From: an uncultured Verrucomicrobiota bacterium
Lineage (GTDB): Bacteria > Verrucomicrobiota > Verrucomicrobiia > Limisphaerales > UBA8199
Assembly: GCA_942493075.1 (NCBI GenBank)
Contig: OW818681.1
Location: 5,379,509 to 5,443,508 of the forward strand
Reading direction: 5' to 3'
DNA: 64,000 nucleotides
The notes beneath the pieces were generated by a model. The model was not told the DNA's origin and did no database searches. It saw nothing but the letters and a program-made list of their open reading frames with translations. The position numbers and the translations under genes were made by a program. Positions 63,738 through 64,000 of the stretch are shown here, one piece after another; position 1 is the first letter of the stretch; every line of letters begins with the position of its first letter.

Positions 63738-63893
63738 TCAGGCTTCGCCTTTGGTCTTGCGCAGACCTGTGATGCGGTCTCCCGCCTTCCACTGGCCGCG
63801 CTTCTTGAGCAACTCAAGACGCTCAAAGCGCTTAAGCACATTTCGCTTGCCGCCGAGGGCGGACGCCGCACGCAAACTCCGATGCTGTGACAT
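63738..63893 (-). CDS. small basic protein (51 aa; resembles the PVC-restricted TIGR04137 family)
   Basis: Below the 60-aa ORF-track cut-off, so translated by hand: MSQHRSLRAASALGGKRNVLKRFERLELLKKRGQWKAGDRITGLRKTKGEA*. ATG start, TGA stop, 156 nt. It replaces the overlapping track ORF 63647..63871. Confidence 0.6.
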   Translation of the reverse strand: MSQHRSLRAASALGGKRNVLKRFERLELLKKRGQWKAGDRITGLRKTKGEA

Positions 63894-64000
63894 ATCGTTC
63901 TAAATTAAGTTTTCCGCCCCCGAATCGAAGCGGACGGCTTAAATACCACAACGCCCCGGGCCTTGCCAATCCAAATCTTGGAGAAATCAAGTAATTGAGC

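Noticed and set aside
63647-63871. A 74-aa minus-strand track ORF upstream of rluB.
   Set aside because: It overlaps, in another frame, the 51-aa small basic protein ORF, which has a far more protein-like and family-like sequence. The 74-aa product looks like noise.

Overview
The window is a gene-dense (about 90% coding), roughly 57-60% GC chromosomal segment. Its gene content points to the PVC superphylum, most likely Verrucomicrobiota. This is an inference from an H-X9-DG/DUF1559-type pseudopilin, a PEP-CTERM protein, delta-60 repeat and Ig-rich giant exoproteins, DUF1080, DUF3472, GHL10, and a TIGR04137-like small basic protein. No rRNA, tRNA or CRISPR array was found. All calls come from reading the six-frame translations and the DNA against remembered family motifs; no database search was run.

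Gene content, left to right:
- A three-gene glycan or protein-glycosylation operon: a CMP-sugar synthetase, a KpsC/S-like domain fused to radical SAM/SPASM and split by a C7-tract frameshift, and a 1982-aa HAD-GT2-GT4-TPR-GT2-TPR enzyme.
- rfaE2 and nupC.
- A sugar-utilisation cluster: PIG-L deacetylase, FucP, Gfo/Idh/MocA, a PEP-CTERM LamG protein and a malectin-tailed enzyme.
- A Y1 (RayT/IS200-like) transposase tightly bracketed by inverted two-hairpin REP-like modules.
- A 1587-aa triple-propeller delta-60 protein.
- A pseudopilin followed by a decayed domain relic.
- clpP-clpX.
- marR next to an Mla/MCE transporter whose ATPase has degenerate catalytic motifs.
- A heparinase II/III-like protein.
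- A GAF protein with a histone-H1-like tail.
- Tandem prohibitin-like SPFH genes.
- A hybrid histidine kinase next to a DUF481 outer-membrane protein.
- A GHL10 exoprotein.
- An orphan pilB-pilT-pilB-pilC operon.
- trpF.
- A six-gene translationally coupled operon containing folD.

Best candidates for something new:
- The glycan operon with its rSAM/SPASM fusion.
- A C-terminal module ending R[FY][FY]R, shared by three unrelated exoproteins plus one relic.
- The pseudo-ATPase Mla/MCE system.
- The two-assembly-ATPase pilus-like operon.
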